Below, one piece after another: positions 10,306-20,872 of a stretch of DNA of 64,000 bases. The DNA is taken from the NCBI GenBank assembly GCA_963931185.1, contig OZ006981.1:766859-830858 (forward strand), in the 5' to 3' direction. The first letter of the stretch is position 1, and each line of letters begins with the position of its first letter. The notes under the pieces were generated by a model that worked only from the letters and a program-made list of their open reading frames with translations, made no database searches and was not told the DNA's origin. Both the position numbers and the translations under genes were made by a program. The stretch comes from an uncultured Bacilli bacterium (GTDB lineage: Bacteria; Bacillota_I; Bacilli_A; RF39; UBA660).

Positions 10306-10974
10306 ATGATAGGTAATAGTTGGGATATTTTATTAAGCGAAGAATATAAAAAGGATTATTTTAAAAATTTAAAAGATTTTGTAATATCAGAGTATAAAAA
10401 TAAAATAGTTTATCCTAAAATATCAGAAATATTTAAAGCTTTTATAGAAACAAGTTATGAAGATGTTAAAGTTGTTATTTTAGGACAAGATCCATATCAT
10501 GGTGAAAATGAAGCTGAAGGACTTTCTTTTTCTGTTAAAATAGGAATAACTAAGCCACCATCATTAATAAACATTTTTACAGAATTAAAAGATGATTTGG
10601 GTTGTAATATACCAAACCATGGTAGTTTAATTTCTTGGGCAAAACAAGGAGTATTATTGTTAAATTCAACATTAACAGTAGTAAAAGACACTCCAAAGTC
10701 ACATAGTAATAAAGGTTGGGAAATATTTACAGATGAAGTTATTAAAATTATAAACCAAAAAAACAAACCAGTAGTATTTATTTTATGGGGAAGTGATGCA
10801 AGAAGTAAAAAACAATTAATAAATAATCCTATACATCATATTATTGAGTCACCCCACCCATCTCCATTATCAGCATATCGCGGTTTCTTTGGAAGTAAAC
10901 CATTTTCTAGAACTAATAATTTTTTAATAAAAAATGGCATTAAACCAATTGATTGGGAAATAAAAGATATTTGA
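10306..10974 (+). CDS. ung: Uracil-DNA glycosylase
   Basis: GQDPYHG and HPSPLS motifs. Confidence 0.9.
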   Translation: MIGNSWDILLSEEYKKDYFKNLKDFVISEYKNKIVYPKISEIFKAFIETSYEDVKVVILGQDPYHGENEAEGLSFSVKIGITKPPSLINIFTELKDDLGCNIPNHGSLISWAKQGVLLLNSTLTVVKDTPKSHSNKGWEIFTDEVIKIINQKNKPVVFILWGSDARSKKQLINNPIHHIIESPHPSPLSAYRGFFGSKPFSRTNNFLIKNGIKPIDWEIKDI

Positions 10975-10975
10975 T

Positions 10976-11515
10976 TTACTGTTTTAGTATTTCAAATATC
11001 TCTTCTTTTTCATTAGAATAAAAATCTTTAAATTTATATTTGCAAATTTTTGCAATAATATTAGATGGAAAACATTTTATAAGATTATTATAAGTAACAA
11101 CATTATCATTGTAATATCTTTCAGAAGCAAGACATTCAGTATTTAAATTATAGAGTTCTTTTATTACTAGCATTTCATCATCATCAAAAATAATATCTTT
11201 ATCATAGTCAGTTATTTCTAAAATTTTTTTATTATATTTGTCTAACTCATTATTAAGTTCAAATGTATTTAATTCTTGTTTCTCAACTTTATCTAAACCT
11301 GAAAATTTGTAATTTTCTTTTTTATCTTCTATAAAATTCTTAATTCTTAACATTAATTCTAATCTTTTTTTTAATAAAATATTTATATTTTCTTCTGCTT
11401 CACTTATTTTTATAATAGCATTTTGAAATTTGTTATAATTAATTGCATATATAGAAAGTAATAATGCTGTAATAACAATAACTATAACAATAACAATAAG
11501 AATATATATAATCAT
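10976..11515 (-). CDS. LemA family protein
   Basis: N-terminal TM segment plus the LemA signature (ERYYNDNVVTYNNLIKCFPSNIIAKI). Confidence 0.7.
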   Translation of the reverse strand: MIIYILIVIVIVIVITALLLSIYAINYNKFQNAIIKISEAEENINILLKKRLELMLRIKNFIEDKKENYKFSGLDKVEKQELNTFELNNELDKYNKKILEITDYDKDIIFDDDEMLVIKELYNLNTECLASERYYNDNVVTYNNLIKCFPSNIIAKICKYKFKDFYSNEKEEIFEILKQ

Positions 11516-11560
11516 AATATCACCTCAAATATTTAGTATATAATAGGAATGTTAATAAGA

Positions 11561-12919
11561 TTATCTTTTTGCATGACTTTTTTCATAAATTTCACCATAT
11601 TCTATAACAAAGTTATTACGTTTAACCATTGCATCATTTAACTTTCTTTGATTTCGTTGCTTTTTTCTTTTTTCAGCATCTAAACGAATAACATCTTCCT
11701 CATCTTTTTTTTCATAGTCATCAGTAATTCTTTTTCTAATTTCTGATTTGCATTTACTAGGATTATTTAAAACATATTGAAATCTTTGTTCAATTCTCAA
11801 AAAACTTTGTTTAGCACTGTTTAAATTTTTTGCTAATTCACAATATTTTTGATCATTTTGTAAAACATCGTCACGAATTTTACAAAAAATTAAGTTAGCA
11901 TCTGTATAATTTTTTTCTATATAACTTCTCATTCGTTGAATTTCTTGTGTTAGTGATTTATGATCATCTTGAGTTAGTTCTCTCATAGCACAATAATATT
12001 TATCAACTAAGTTTCTGTATTGTGCTATATAATGATTGGCTTCTCTTTGCCAACTATTAAAAGCACCTTGTATTTCTGGATATAATATTTCATAGCGGTT
12101 ATCACAATTTATTTGTGCTTGTTGATATTTTTGCCTTTTTTTATAGGCAATCTCTCTAAGCGATGAAATTTTTTCATAATACAATCTATTAATTTTTTCA
12201 TCTTGCATATTATTTAGAAAAACAGTTCTATTATATTGACGCCTTTTTTGAATAGAATTTATAACTTCATTAAATAAATTATCATTATATTGTAAATTAT
12301 CTACTTTTTTTTGCAATCTAGTTAAAATATTCTCATAATCTTCTTTTGAAGATGGAATCCCTCTAAAAATAGCATTAAACTTATTAGAAATAAATTGTAA
12401 TACAAAAGGCAATGCTGCTTCATATTCATCTTCAAAGTCATTAACATCATCATTTTGATATGTCTGTTTGTTTTCTTTATCTGTATTATTTGTATATGAA
12501 GAACTTTTTTTATACTGATTATTACGAGGAGCATTAGCTCTATATGAATCACCTGTTGTGCTGTCATATTTAAACTGACTGCCACTTTTTACTCTTCTCA
12601 ATTCACTTATATTTTGGAATATACCAAGAGTTTTTCCAAAAATTTCCTCTGAGCTTTCTATATTTTCCAATTTTATCTTAAATCTGTCAGGATGGAAAAC
12701 GCCAACAAATCTTTTCTTCATATTTTCAAAATCAAAAGTCGCAAAACTACTGTTATTTTGGATAAGTTCTTCCAATTGAGAAATTTTATCTAATAATTCG
12801 ATAGCTTGATTTTTATAATAAGGATCATATTGTCCATTAAGAATTAATTCTCGATATAATAATAAGTAATTAATTAATTCATTAACATTATATTCCATAG
12901 TATTATAAACTTTTGACAT
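11561..12919 (-). CDS. J-domain-containing coiled-coil protein (hypothetical)
   Basis: An HPD motif in a J-domain-like context (KKRFVGVFHPDRFK) near the N-terminus. The remaining about 350 aa is charged and Q/K/R-rich, with predicted coiled coil. I recognised no other homology. Confidence 0.45.
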   Translation of the reverse strand: MSKVYNTMEYNVNELINYLLLYRELILNGQYDPYYKNQAIELLDKISQLEELIQNNSSFATFDFENMKKRFVGVFHPDRFKIKLENIESSEEIFGKTLGIFQNISELRRVKSGSQFKYDSTTGDSYRANAPRNNQYKKSSSYTNNTDKENKQTYQNDDVNDFEDEYEAALPFVLQFISNKFNAIFRGIPSSKEDYENILTRLQKKVDNLQYNDNLFNEVINSIQKRRQYNRTVFLNNMQDEKINRLYYEKISSLREIAYKKRQKYQQAQINCDNRYEILYPEIQGAFNSWQREANHYIAQYRNLVDKYYCAMRELTQDDHKSLTQEIQRMRSYIEKNYTDANLIFCKIRDDVLQNDQKYCELAKNLNSAKQSFLRIEQRFQYVLNNPSKCKSEIRKRITDDYEKKDEEDVIRLDAEKRKKQRNQRKLNDAMVKRNNFVIEYGEIYEKSHAKR

Positions 12920-13063
12920 GTCGCTCCTCCATATACTATTATTCTATATACTAAAAAGATTATAACATAAAATTTAAATGCAATCTATAAAAAAGTATTA
13001 ATTGTATTTCGTTTACATAAAAATAAAAAAGTGATATAATCAAAAAAGGAAGGAAAGATTATA

Positions 13064-13627
13064 ATGAAAGTATTATTGGGAATATCAAATAGACATGTGC
13101 ATTTAACAGAAGAAGATTATAAGACTTTATTTGGTGACGCATCTCTTGAAAAAGTTAAAGATTTAGTACAACCTGGTGAATTTGCTTCTAACCAAAAAGT
13201 ATCTATAAAAACAGAAAAAAGTACTATAAATAATGTAAGATTATTAGGACCATTAAGAAAATATTCACAAGTTGAAATATCTAAGACTGATAGTTTTGCG
13301 CTAGGAATAAAACCCCCTGTTAGAAATTCAGGAGATTTAGAAGGAGCAGAGAAAATAACAATTGTTGGTCCATGTGGAGAAGTAACAAAAAATTGTTGCA
13401 TAATAGCAACCAGACATTTACATATAAATAAAGAAGATAGAATAAAATATAATCTTGAAGGAGTAGAAAAAGTTAAAGTAAAAATTGAATCAGAAAAATC
13501 AACAGTTTTTGAGGATGTATACGTAAAAGAAAATCCAAATTACGTATTAGAACTTCATTTAGATACTGATGATGGAAATGGTTCATTAGCTAAAACTGGA
13601 GATGAAGTAGAAATAATAAAATATTAG
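13064..13627 (+). CDS. pduL: Phosphate propanoyltransferase PduL-like (phosphotransacylase)
   Basis: Duplicated PduL motifs (GISNRHVHL..., ATRHLHINKED). Confidence 0.7.
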   Translation: MKVLLGISNRHVHLTEEDYKTLFGDASLEKVKDLVQPGEFASNQKVSIKTEKSTINNVRLLGPLRKYSQVEISKTDSFALGIKPPVRNSGDLEGAEKITIVGPCGEVTKNCCIIATRHLHINKEDRIKYNLEGVEKVKVKIESEKSTVFEDVYVKENPNYVLELHLDTDDGNGSLAKTGDEVEIIKY

Positions 13628-13633
13628 AAAATT

Positions 13634-15583
13634 TTATTCACTAATTTCATCAAATACTACTTGTGTTTCATTAGGTTCTGTGCCTTTTAAATAGTACAGA
13701 ACTTTTTTCTTGGCTGAAGAATTATCAGCAGGTAGACCACTTATTGGATCTACTACAACGCCAACAACATTATTAGGCATGCCATACCAAACATTTTCTT
13801 TGTCTTTTAAATAATCTTCCATTGTTTCAGCCCAAATATTTTTAGTATACATATAATCGGAACTAGAAATATTAGAGCTATCATCATAACCAACCCAAAC
13901 AGAAGTAATTACTTGTGGATTGTATCCAACTGTCCAACTATCTGTTGCCGTAGTACCAGATTTTATAGAATACTTTTTGCTTAATTTACTAGCAATACTT
14001 AAAACAGTTGGATAATTATAGTCAATGAAAGTAGTATCATATGTTGAAGTTAATAAATTATTCAAAATATACACTAAGCTAGGATTAAGAATTGATTCTT
14101 TGACATCATCTACCTCATATAAAACATTCCCATTGTTATCTTCTACACGTTCAATTAAATGCGGTGTAATTTTATATCCTTCATTTGCAAATGTAGCATA
14201 AGCACTAGTTAATTCAATAATATTCATTTCACTAGTACCTAAAGCTAAAGATGGAACTTCAGCCATAGAGGAAGTAATACCAAGTCGTTGCGCCATATTG
14301 ACAAGATTATCTTCTCCTAAAAAAATATGTGTTTTAACTGCGTAGATATTATCGGAATAAGCAATGGCAGCAGCCAAACTTATAGGTTTATTTCCATAAA
14401 CTTCATTAGCATTTTTTGGTGAATAATTTTGATTATTAGAGAAAGTAAAAGTAGTTTCTTCACTAGTAAAACAAGTAGAAGAAGTAAAACCATTTTCTAA
14501 AGCCGAATAATAAAGAATAGGTTTCATAACTGAACCAACTTGTCTTTTTGAAGAAAGAGAACGATTATATTGTGACAATGAGTAATCTCTTCCACCAACT
14601 AAAGCAATAATTCCTCCAGTATTAGGATCCATCATAATAGCATTAACTTGAATAGCATTATTATTAGCTAAATTATCTGTTATTTTTTCTTCAAGTATCG
14701 TTTGAGCATCAAGATCTAAAGTTGTGTATATTTTTAATCCGCCTGTTTCTAAAAATGATGTAGGAATATCACTAATATTTTCTAATTCGTTTAATACAGC
14801 ATCTTGATAATACATCAAAGTAGAAAGATTTATATTACTTTTCTTTCCTATAACATTTAGTTCTTCATTGTATGCTTCATTCATTTCTTCTTCACTAATA
14901 TATCCATTTTTAACCATACCAGAAAGTACCATTTTTTGCCTACTTTTGGCAAGATCAAAGTTAACTATTGGTGAATAATTAGACGGAGATTTTGGAATGC
15001 CGACTAAAAGAGAAGCTTCTGCTAGTGTTAAATCACTTGCACTTTTATTAAAATAAAACTGACTTGCATTTTCTATCCCATACATACCATGCCCATAATT
15101 AATAGTATTAAGATATCCTTCAAGTATTTCATCCTTAGAATAATATATTTCAATATTTAGTGTTAACCAAAGTTCATTCCATTTTCTTTCCCAAGTTTTA
15201 TCAAAATCTAAAAATAGATTTTTAACATACTGTTGTGAAATAGTCGAAGCGCCTTGTTTTGTTTTACCATTGGTGATATTGACCCAACCAGCTTTCAAAA
15301 TTCTGAGAAAGTCAAACCCAAAATGATTATAAAAATTTTTATCTTCAGTTGAAATTGTAGCATCAATCAAATACTTAGAAATATCATTAAGATTTATCCA
15401 TTGACTTGTACCATTTCCCATAAAAAATAAATTGTCATTTTTGTCATATAAGGAAATGTTATTAGCATTTTTGATTTCTAATTTTGAAGAAACACGTGAA
15501 TAACCATAAATTGAAAAACCTAAAATAAATAAAATAAGGAAAACAAAAAATAAAAATTTTAATAGCTTTTTAAAAATTTTCAT
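13634..15583 (-). CDS. Class A penicillin-binding protein (transglycosylase/transpeptidase)
   Basis: N-terminal TM segment, GT51 motifs (EDKNFYNHFG), and the transpeptidase motifs SVMKP and KSGT. Confidence 0.85.
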   Translation of the reverse strand: MKIFKKLLKFLFFVFLILFILGFSIYGYSRVSSKLEIKNANNISLYDKNDNLFFMGNGTSQWINLNDISKYLIDATISTEDKNFYNHFGFDFLRILKAGWVNITNGKTKQGASTISQQYVKNLFLDFDKTWERKWNELWLTLNIEIYYSKDEILEGYLNTINYGHGMYGIENASQFYFNKSASDLTLAEASLLVGIPKSPSNYSPIVNFDLAKSRQKMVLSGMVKNGYISEEEMNEAYNEELNVIGKKSNINLSTLMYYQDAVLNELENISDIPTSFLETGGLKIYTTLDLDAQTILEEKITDNLANNNAIQVNAIMMDPNTGGIIALVGGRDYSLSQYNRSLSSKRQVGSVMKPILYYSALENGFTSSTCFTSEETTFTFSNNQNYSPKNANEVYGNKPISLAAAIAYSDNIYAVKTHIFLGEDNLVNMAQRLGITSSMAEVPSLALGTSEMNIIELTSAYATFANEGYKITPHLIERVEDNNGNVLYEVDDVKESILNPSLVYILNNLLTSTYDTTFIDYNYPTVLSIASKLSKKYSIKSGTTATDSWTVGYNPQVITSVWVGYDDSSNISSSDYMYTKNIWAETMEDYLKDKENVWYGMPNNVVGVVVDPISGLPADNSSAKKKVLYYLKGTEPNETQVVFDEISE

Positions 15584-15689
15584 TTAAACACTCCAATCTA
15601 AAATTAGTATGAATAAATAATCAAAAAAATATGTATTAAAAATAAAGTAAATATGTTATAATTCGAGTTGTAAATTTTATGGTGAAATT

Positions 15690-16034
15690 ATGCAAAAAGT
15701 AAAAATAATTTTAAAAATTAAAAATAATGATAGTTCCAATAACTATATAGGAATAGGTTTTTTGAATAAAGATATAATAAGTTATGAAAAAAAAGAAGAA
15801 AAACTAATTTATGATAAAAAAATAAATCGCCTAATAAAAAAAGATAAAGAAAAAGAACTTAGAATAGATTTTAATAAAAAAAATATGACAATAACTACTA
15901 AAAATGAGTTTATTGAATTTGACATAGAAGTAATTGAGTTATATAGTAGTGAAGAAAAAGTAAAAATTAAATATAAAATCGATAGTGATATTATTGAGTT
16001 TTTATTGGAAATTAAGGAGGTTTTTGATGACTAA
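15690..16034 (+). CDS. DUF1934-like (YwiB-like) small protein
   Basis: About 114 aa, located immediately upstream of argS as ywiB is in Bacillus. The call rests on synteny. Confidence 0.4.
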   Translation: MQKVKIILKIKNNDSSNNYIGIGFLNKDIISYEKKEEKLIYDKKINRLIKKDKEKELRIDFNKKNMTITTKNEFIEFDIEVIELYSSEEKVKIKYKIDSDIIEFLLEIKEVFDD

Positions 16035-17769
16035 ATTTCAAGAATTAGAAAAATTAATAAGCAAATTATGTAAAAATATTGGATATGATGACGAAGTAAC
16101 ATTATCATTAACTAATAGACCTGATTTAGGAGAATATCAAATAAATGATGCTATGAAGTTAGCAAAAGTTTATCATAAAAGTCCATTAATAATAGCAAAT
16201 GAAATAAAAGATGTACTAAAACAATACTCTTGTTTTGAAAATGTTAATGTAGCAGGATCTGGTTTTATTAACATAAGTTTGTCTAATCAATTTTTAATAG
16301 AATTTTTAAATGAAATAAAAGATAATATTTTAAAAAATATAAACAAACAAGATAAAAAGAAAATCGTTATTGATTATGGTGGAGCCAATGTTGCAAAAGC
16401 ATTACACGTTGGACATTTAAGAAGCGCTAATATTGGTGAATCTTTAAATAGATTAGCTAAATTAGTAGGGCATGAAACTATAGCTGATGTGCATTTAGGA
16501 GACTCAGGGCTTCAAGCTGGAATTGTCGTTATGGAAATTGAAAATATGTTTCCAGATTTAATATGTTTCAAAAAAGATTATAAAGGAGAAGACTTTGACT
16601 TACCGATAACAAAAGAAGATTTGAAAGTAATATATCCAACTGGTTCAATGAAAACAAATGAAAATGAAAATTTATTAGAGAAAGCAAGACAAATTACATA
16701 CCAAATTCAAAATAATCACATAGGATATAGTAAACTTTGGGATAAAATTACAGAATTATCGATAAGAGATATTAAAGAAACATACGAAAAATTAAACACA
16801 AACTTTGATCTTTGGGAAGGAGAAAGAGACAGTTTCAAATATATTCCAGAAATGTTTGATTTTTTAAACAAAAAAAATTTACTTTATACAAGTGAAGGCG
16901 CTAAAGTAATGGATGTTAAAGAAGAAGATGATGACAAAGAAATACCACCGATAATTTTACAAAAAAGTGATGGAGCCTACCTGTATGCAACTACTGATTT
17001 AGCAACAATTTATGGAAGAATGAAACGTTTTGCACCAGATGAAATATGGTATACTACAGATTTAAGGCAGGAACTTCATTTTGAACAGGTATTTAGAGCA
17101 GCAAAGAAAGCTCAAATTGTTACAAAAACAAAATTGGGATTTTACGGATTTGGAACAATGAATGGAAAAGATGGAAAACCATTTAAAACCAGAAATGGCG
17201 GAGTAATGAGCCTTGAAGAGTTAATAAGTTTGATAACAGATGAGTGTTATAAAAGAATAAATGATAATATTGTTGAAGAAGAAAAGAAAAAAGAAACCGC
17301 TGAAATAATCGCTTTAGCAGCTTTAAAATATGCTGATTTATTGCCTTATCGTGAAACTGACTATATATTTGACCAAACAAAATTTAGCGACTTAGAAGGC
17401 AAAACAGGTCCATATTTACTATATTCGACAATTAGAATAAAATCTCTTTTAAATAAAGCCAAAGAAAAAAATATAAATTTTAATAAATTTAATATAATAA
17501 ATAGTAAAACAGAAAAAGAGTTATTAATTACTTTATTAAATATGCCAACTGTAATAGATAGAGCCTATGATACTAAATCATTAAACGAAATTGCAGAATA
17601 TATATATAAATTGACAAGTATTTATAATAAATTTTATTCTGAAAATAAAATTTTAACTGAAGAAAACAATGATTTAAGAGAGTCTTGGCTTACTTTATCT
17701 AAAGTTGTTTACAATACCAATATGATATTGTTAAATACAATGGGAATTAATTGCCCAGAAAAAATGTAA
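16027..17769 (+). CDS. argS: Arginine--tRNA ligase
   Basis: HVGH (HLGH-class) motif, DALR anticodon-binding C-terminus. The start is probably ATG 16027 (MTKFQELEK). Confidence 0.9.
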   Translation: MTKFQELEKLISKLCKNIGYDDEVTLSLTNRPDLGEYQINDAMKLAKVYHKSPLIIANEIKDVLKQYSCFENVNVAGSGFINISLSNQFLIEFLNEIKDNILKNINKQDKKKIVIDYGGANVAKALHVGHLRSANIGESLNRLAKLVGHETIADVHLGDSGLQAGIVVMEIENMFPDLICFKKDYKGEDFDLPITKEDLKVIYPTGSMKTNENENLLEKARQITYQIQNNHIGYSKLWDKITELSIRDIKETYEKLNTNFDLWEGERDSFKYIPEMFDFLNKKNLLYTSEGAKVMDVKEEDDDKEIPPIILQKSDGAYLYATTDLATIYGRMKRFAPDEIWYTTDLRQELHFEQVFRAAKKAQIVTKTKLGFYGFGTMNGKDGKPFKTRNGGVMSLEELISLITDECYKRINDNIVEEEKKKETAEIIALAALKYADLLPYRETDYIFDQTKFSDLEGKTGPYLLYSTIRIKSLLNKAKEKNINFNKFNIINSKTEKELLITLLNMPTVIDRAYDTKSLNEIAEYIYKLTSIYNKFYSENKILTEENNDLRESWLTLSKVVYNTNMILLNTMGINCPEKM

Positions 17770-17869
17770 TAAATATATTGATTTTAAATATAAATAATGA
17801 TATAAGTTTTATTGAGTATTTTTTACTCACAAAAAAAGATAACAAAAACTACTCTTATGGAGGGATTTT

Positions 17870-18310
17870 ATGAGTATAGAAAATTTAAAAAAAGAAGACT
17901 TAGAATTATTATCATACAAAGATATAACAAATATGTTATTAGAAGAAAAAGGATCAATGAATACAGCAGACTTATTTAAAAAAATTACTAGTTTGTTAGA
18001 ATTACCTGATTCAGTATATCAAAATAAAATAGGTGATTATTATACTACGTTGACAACTGATAAAAGATTTTTGCTTTTAGAGGATGGGAATTGGGATTTG
18101 AGAAGTAGACATACTTCTGATAAAGTAATAATTCCTAATGATCAGGAAGATGAAGAAGAAGATGAAGATTTAGATATTAAAGAAGATCAAGAAGAAGATA
18201 ATAGCGAATATGATGACTCTGTTTCTGATGAAGATGATTTTGATGACAGTGATGATGATTTAAAAGATTTAGTTGTTTTAGATGAAGAAGAACTAGAATT
18301 GGAAGAATAA
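17870..18310 (+). CDS. rpoE: DNA-directed RNA polymerase delta subunit
   Basis: HARE-HTH N-domain followed by a long poly-acidic C-tail. Confidence 0.8.
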   Translation: MSIENLKKEDLELLSYKDITNMLLEEKGSMNTADLFKKITSLLELPDSVYQNKIGDYYTTLTTDKRFLLLEDGNWDLRSRHTSDKVIIPNDQEDEEEDEDLDIKEDQEEDNSEYDDSVSDEDDFDDSDDDLKDLVVLDEEELELEE

Positions 18311-18369
18311 TTTTAGTTTCTTTTTTTTAAAAATAATATATGATATAATATAAATGTGAGGGTGATACC

Positions 18370-19425
18370 ATGATAGAAAGATTAAATATAATTAAAGAAA
18401 AATATGATGAATTAAATAAAGAACTATTAAATCCAGAAATATTAAAAGATATAAAAAAAACAAAAGAACTATCAAAAGAAGTATCAGAATTAGAAGAAAT
18501 TGTTATATGCTATGAAAAATATAAAAAAGTAGAAGAAGATATTGAAGCAGCCAAAGAAATGGTGAAAGACCCAGAAATGGGAGAATTTGCTAAAGAAGAA
18601 TTAGTAAATTTAGAAGAAGAAAAGAATAAGTTAAGTAGTGAATTAGAGATTTTATTGATTCCTAAAGATCCTAATGACGGAAAAAATGTAATAGTGGAAA
18701 TTCGTGGAGCAGCAGGTGGTGATGAAGCAAATATTTTTGCAGGAGATCTTTATCGTATGTATTTAAAGTATGCTGAAAAAGAAGGATGGAAAGTAGAACC
18801 TATTACAGAAGAATATTCTGAGGGTGGAGGGTTTTCTCTTGTTAGTTTTATGATAAAAGGGAAAAACGTTTATTCTAAAATGAAATACGAAAGTGGAGCT
18901 CATAGAGTTCAAAGAGTACCAGTTACAGAAACACAAGGAAGAGTTCATACTTCAACGGCTACAGTTCTTGCTATGCCTGAGGCTGAAGACTTAGATTTTG
19001 AATTAGACATGTCTGAAGTAAGAATTGATATAACAAGATCTAGTGGTTGTGGTGGTCAAGGAGTAAACACAACGGATTCTGCTGTAAGAGCAACTCATAT
19101 ACCAACTGGAATGATAGTATACTGTCAAGTAGGGCGTAGTCAAATTCAAAACAAAGAAATGGCTTTAAAAACTTTAAAGACAAGACTTTACGATTTAAAA
19201 CAAAGGGAAAAAGAAGAAAAAGAAGGTGCAGAAAGAAGAAGTAAAATTGGAACAGGAGATAGATCAGAAAAAATTAGAACTTATAATTATCCACAAAATA
19301 GAGTAACAGATCATCGTATTGGTTTTACTTTAATGCAACTAGATCGTGTTATGGAAGGAGAATTATCTCCAATTATCGAAGCATTAATAACCGAAGATCA
19401 AAAAAGAAAATTAGCTGGAGAATAA
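18370..19425 (+). CDS. prfA: Peptide chain release factor 1
   Basis: GGQ motif (SGCGGQGVNTT) and PxT-like decoding region; 351 aa. Confidence 0.9.
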   Translation: MIERLNIIKEKYDELNKELLNPEILKDIKKTKELSKEVSELEEIVICYEKYKKVEEDIEAAKEMVKDPEMGEFAKEELVNLEEEKNKLSSELEILLIPKDPNDGKNVIVEIRGAAGGDEANIFAGDLYRMYLKYAEKEGWKVEPITEEYSEGGGFSLVSFMIKGKNVYSKMKYESGAHRVQRVPVTETQGRVHTSTATVLAMPEAEDLDFELDMSEVRIDITRSSGCGGQGVNTTDSAVRATHIPTGMIVYCQVGRSQIQNKEMALKTLKTRLYDLKQREKEEKEGAERRSKIGTGDRSEKIRTYNYPQNRVTDHRIGFTLMQLDRVMEGELSPIIEALITEDQKRKLAGE

Positions 19426-19426
19426 A

Positions 19427-20251
19427 ATGACAGTTGAAGAATTAATAATTTATGGGAAAAAGTTTTTACATTCAATTGAAGTTAAAATATTATTAGCTAG
19501 AGTATTAGAATGTGACCCATTAAATTTAATAAATATTCTTAATGAAAAAGTTGAAGAAAACAAAGTAAATTTATTTAAAGATTTAATAAAAGCAAGATTA
19601 GATAATAAACCATTACAGTACATATTAGGAACAACAAATTTTTATGGATTAGAACTAATAGTAAATGAAAATGTATTAATTCCTAGATTTGAAACAGAAG
19701 AACTAGTTGAAAATACTAAAAAAATTATAGAAACAAAATTTAAAGATATTTCAAAGATTAAAATTTTAGATCTTTGTTGTGGAAGTGGTGCAATTGGACT
19801 TGCATTAAAGAATCTTTTTCCAGAAATTGATGTAACAATGTCCGATATAAGTAGGAGTGCTTTAGAAGTTGCAAAACAAAATAGCACTAAACTAAATTTA
19901 AAAGCTAAAATAATAGAAAGTAATTTATTCGAAAACATAAAAGAAAAATATAACGTGATTATTAGTAATCCACCATATATAAAGGTTGGAGAAGAAATAG
20001 AAGATATTGTTAAAAATAATGAGCCAGCAGTAGCTTTATATGCTGGAGAAGATGGTCTTTATTATTATCGCAAAATACTAGAAAATATTAGAAATTATTT
20101 AGAAGATAATTTCTTAATAGCTTTTGAAATTGGATATAAGCAAAAAGAAGAAATTCTAAAGATAATAAAAGAAAATTTAAAAAATATTAATATAATAGCA
20201 AAAAAAGATTTATCAGATAAGGACAGAATGATTTTTATAACTAATATATAA
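19427..20251 (+). CDS. prmC: Release factor glutamine N5-methyltransferase
   Basis: NPPY motif (ISNPPYI) and SAM-binding DLCCGSG; it immediately follows prfA. Confidence 0.9.
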   Translation: MTVEELIIYGKKFLHSIEVKILLARVLECDPLNLINILNEKVEENKVNLFKDLIKARLDNKPLQYILGTTNFYGLELIVNENVLIPRFETEELVENTKKIIETKFKDISKIKILDLCCGSGAIGLALKNLFPEIDVTMSDISRSALEVAKQNSTKLNLKAKIIESNLFENIKEKYNVIISNPPYIKVGEEIEDIVKNNEPAVALYAGEDGLYYYRKILENIRNYLEDNFLIAFEIGYKQKEEILKIIKENLKNINIIAKKDLSDKDRMIFITNI

Positions 20252-20309
20252 AATCTTTTTTTTTGAATAACTTTTAACAACTTATATCATTATTTAAACA
20301 GGTGATAAA

Positions 20310-20840
20310 TTGAAAAAATTAGTAATTGTATTAGCAATAATTATGATAATTATTGTAAATGATTATGATAGTACAACTATAATAATTCCAACAGAAGCGA
20401 TAAGAGTACGAGTTATAGCTAATAGTAATGATAACGAAGATATCAAAGAAAAAGAACTATTAAAAGAAGAAATACAACCTAAAATATATAATTTGCTAAA
20501 AGATGTTACGTCTATTGAAGAAGCTAGAAATATAATTAAAAGTAATCTTTCTAATATTGATGTCGAGGTTAAAAAAAGTTTAAAAAAACAAAACTCTAAT
20601 CAAAAATATGAAATTAATTATGGATTAAATTATTTCCCAGAAAAAAATTTTAAAGGTGTTACATATGAAGAAGGTTATTATGAATCATTAGTAATAACTT
20701 TAGGAGAAGGAAAAGGAGATAATTGGTGGTGTGTTTTATTTCCTCCTTTATGTATGTTAGAATTTGATGAAGTTGAAAGAAGTGATATAGAATATAAGAC
20801 CTTTGTAGGAGAAATATTAGATAGATATATGAATAATTAA
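20310..20840 (+). CDS. spoIIR: Stage II sporulation protein R
   Basis: C-terminal NWWCVLFPPLC motif and IRVRVIANSN; TTG start. Confidence 0.75.
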   Translation: MKKLVIVLAIIMIIIVNDYDSTTIIIPTEAIRVRVIANSNDNEDIKEKELLKEEIQPKIYNLLKDVTSIEEARNIIKSNLSNIDVEVKKSLKKQNSNQKYEINYGLNYFPEKNFKGVTYEEGYYESLVITLGEGKGDNWWCVLFPPLCMLEFDEVERSDIEYKTFVGEILDRYMNN

Positions 20841-20872
20841 AATATTTGACATATGATTACTTAGGAGGTCAT

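Noticed and set aside
12322-12585. 87-aa ORF inside the J-domain gene, and similar antisense ORFs inside asnB, secA, murA, fba and cysS (e.g. 1906..2157, 2350..2610, 2823..3029, 38728..38979, 39427..39684, 21871..22314, 23210..23659, 44791..45232)
   Set aside because: Each is embedded in or antisense to a well-supported conserved gene. They are low-complexity translations without RBS.
20846-20872. Possible Mn-sensing yybP-ykoY riboswitch upstream of mntP
   Set aside because: Only about 5-30 nt separate spoIIR and mntP. There is no room for a riboswitch, so the upstream ATG at 20846 is more likely a spurious 5' extension.
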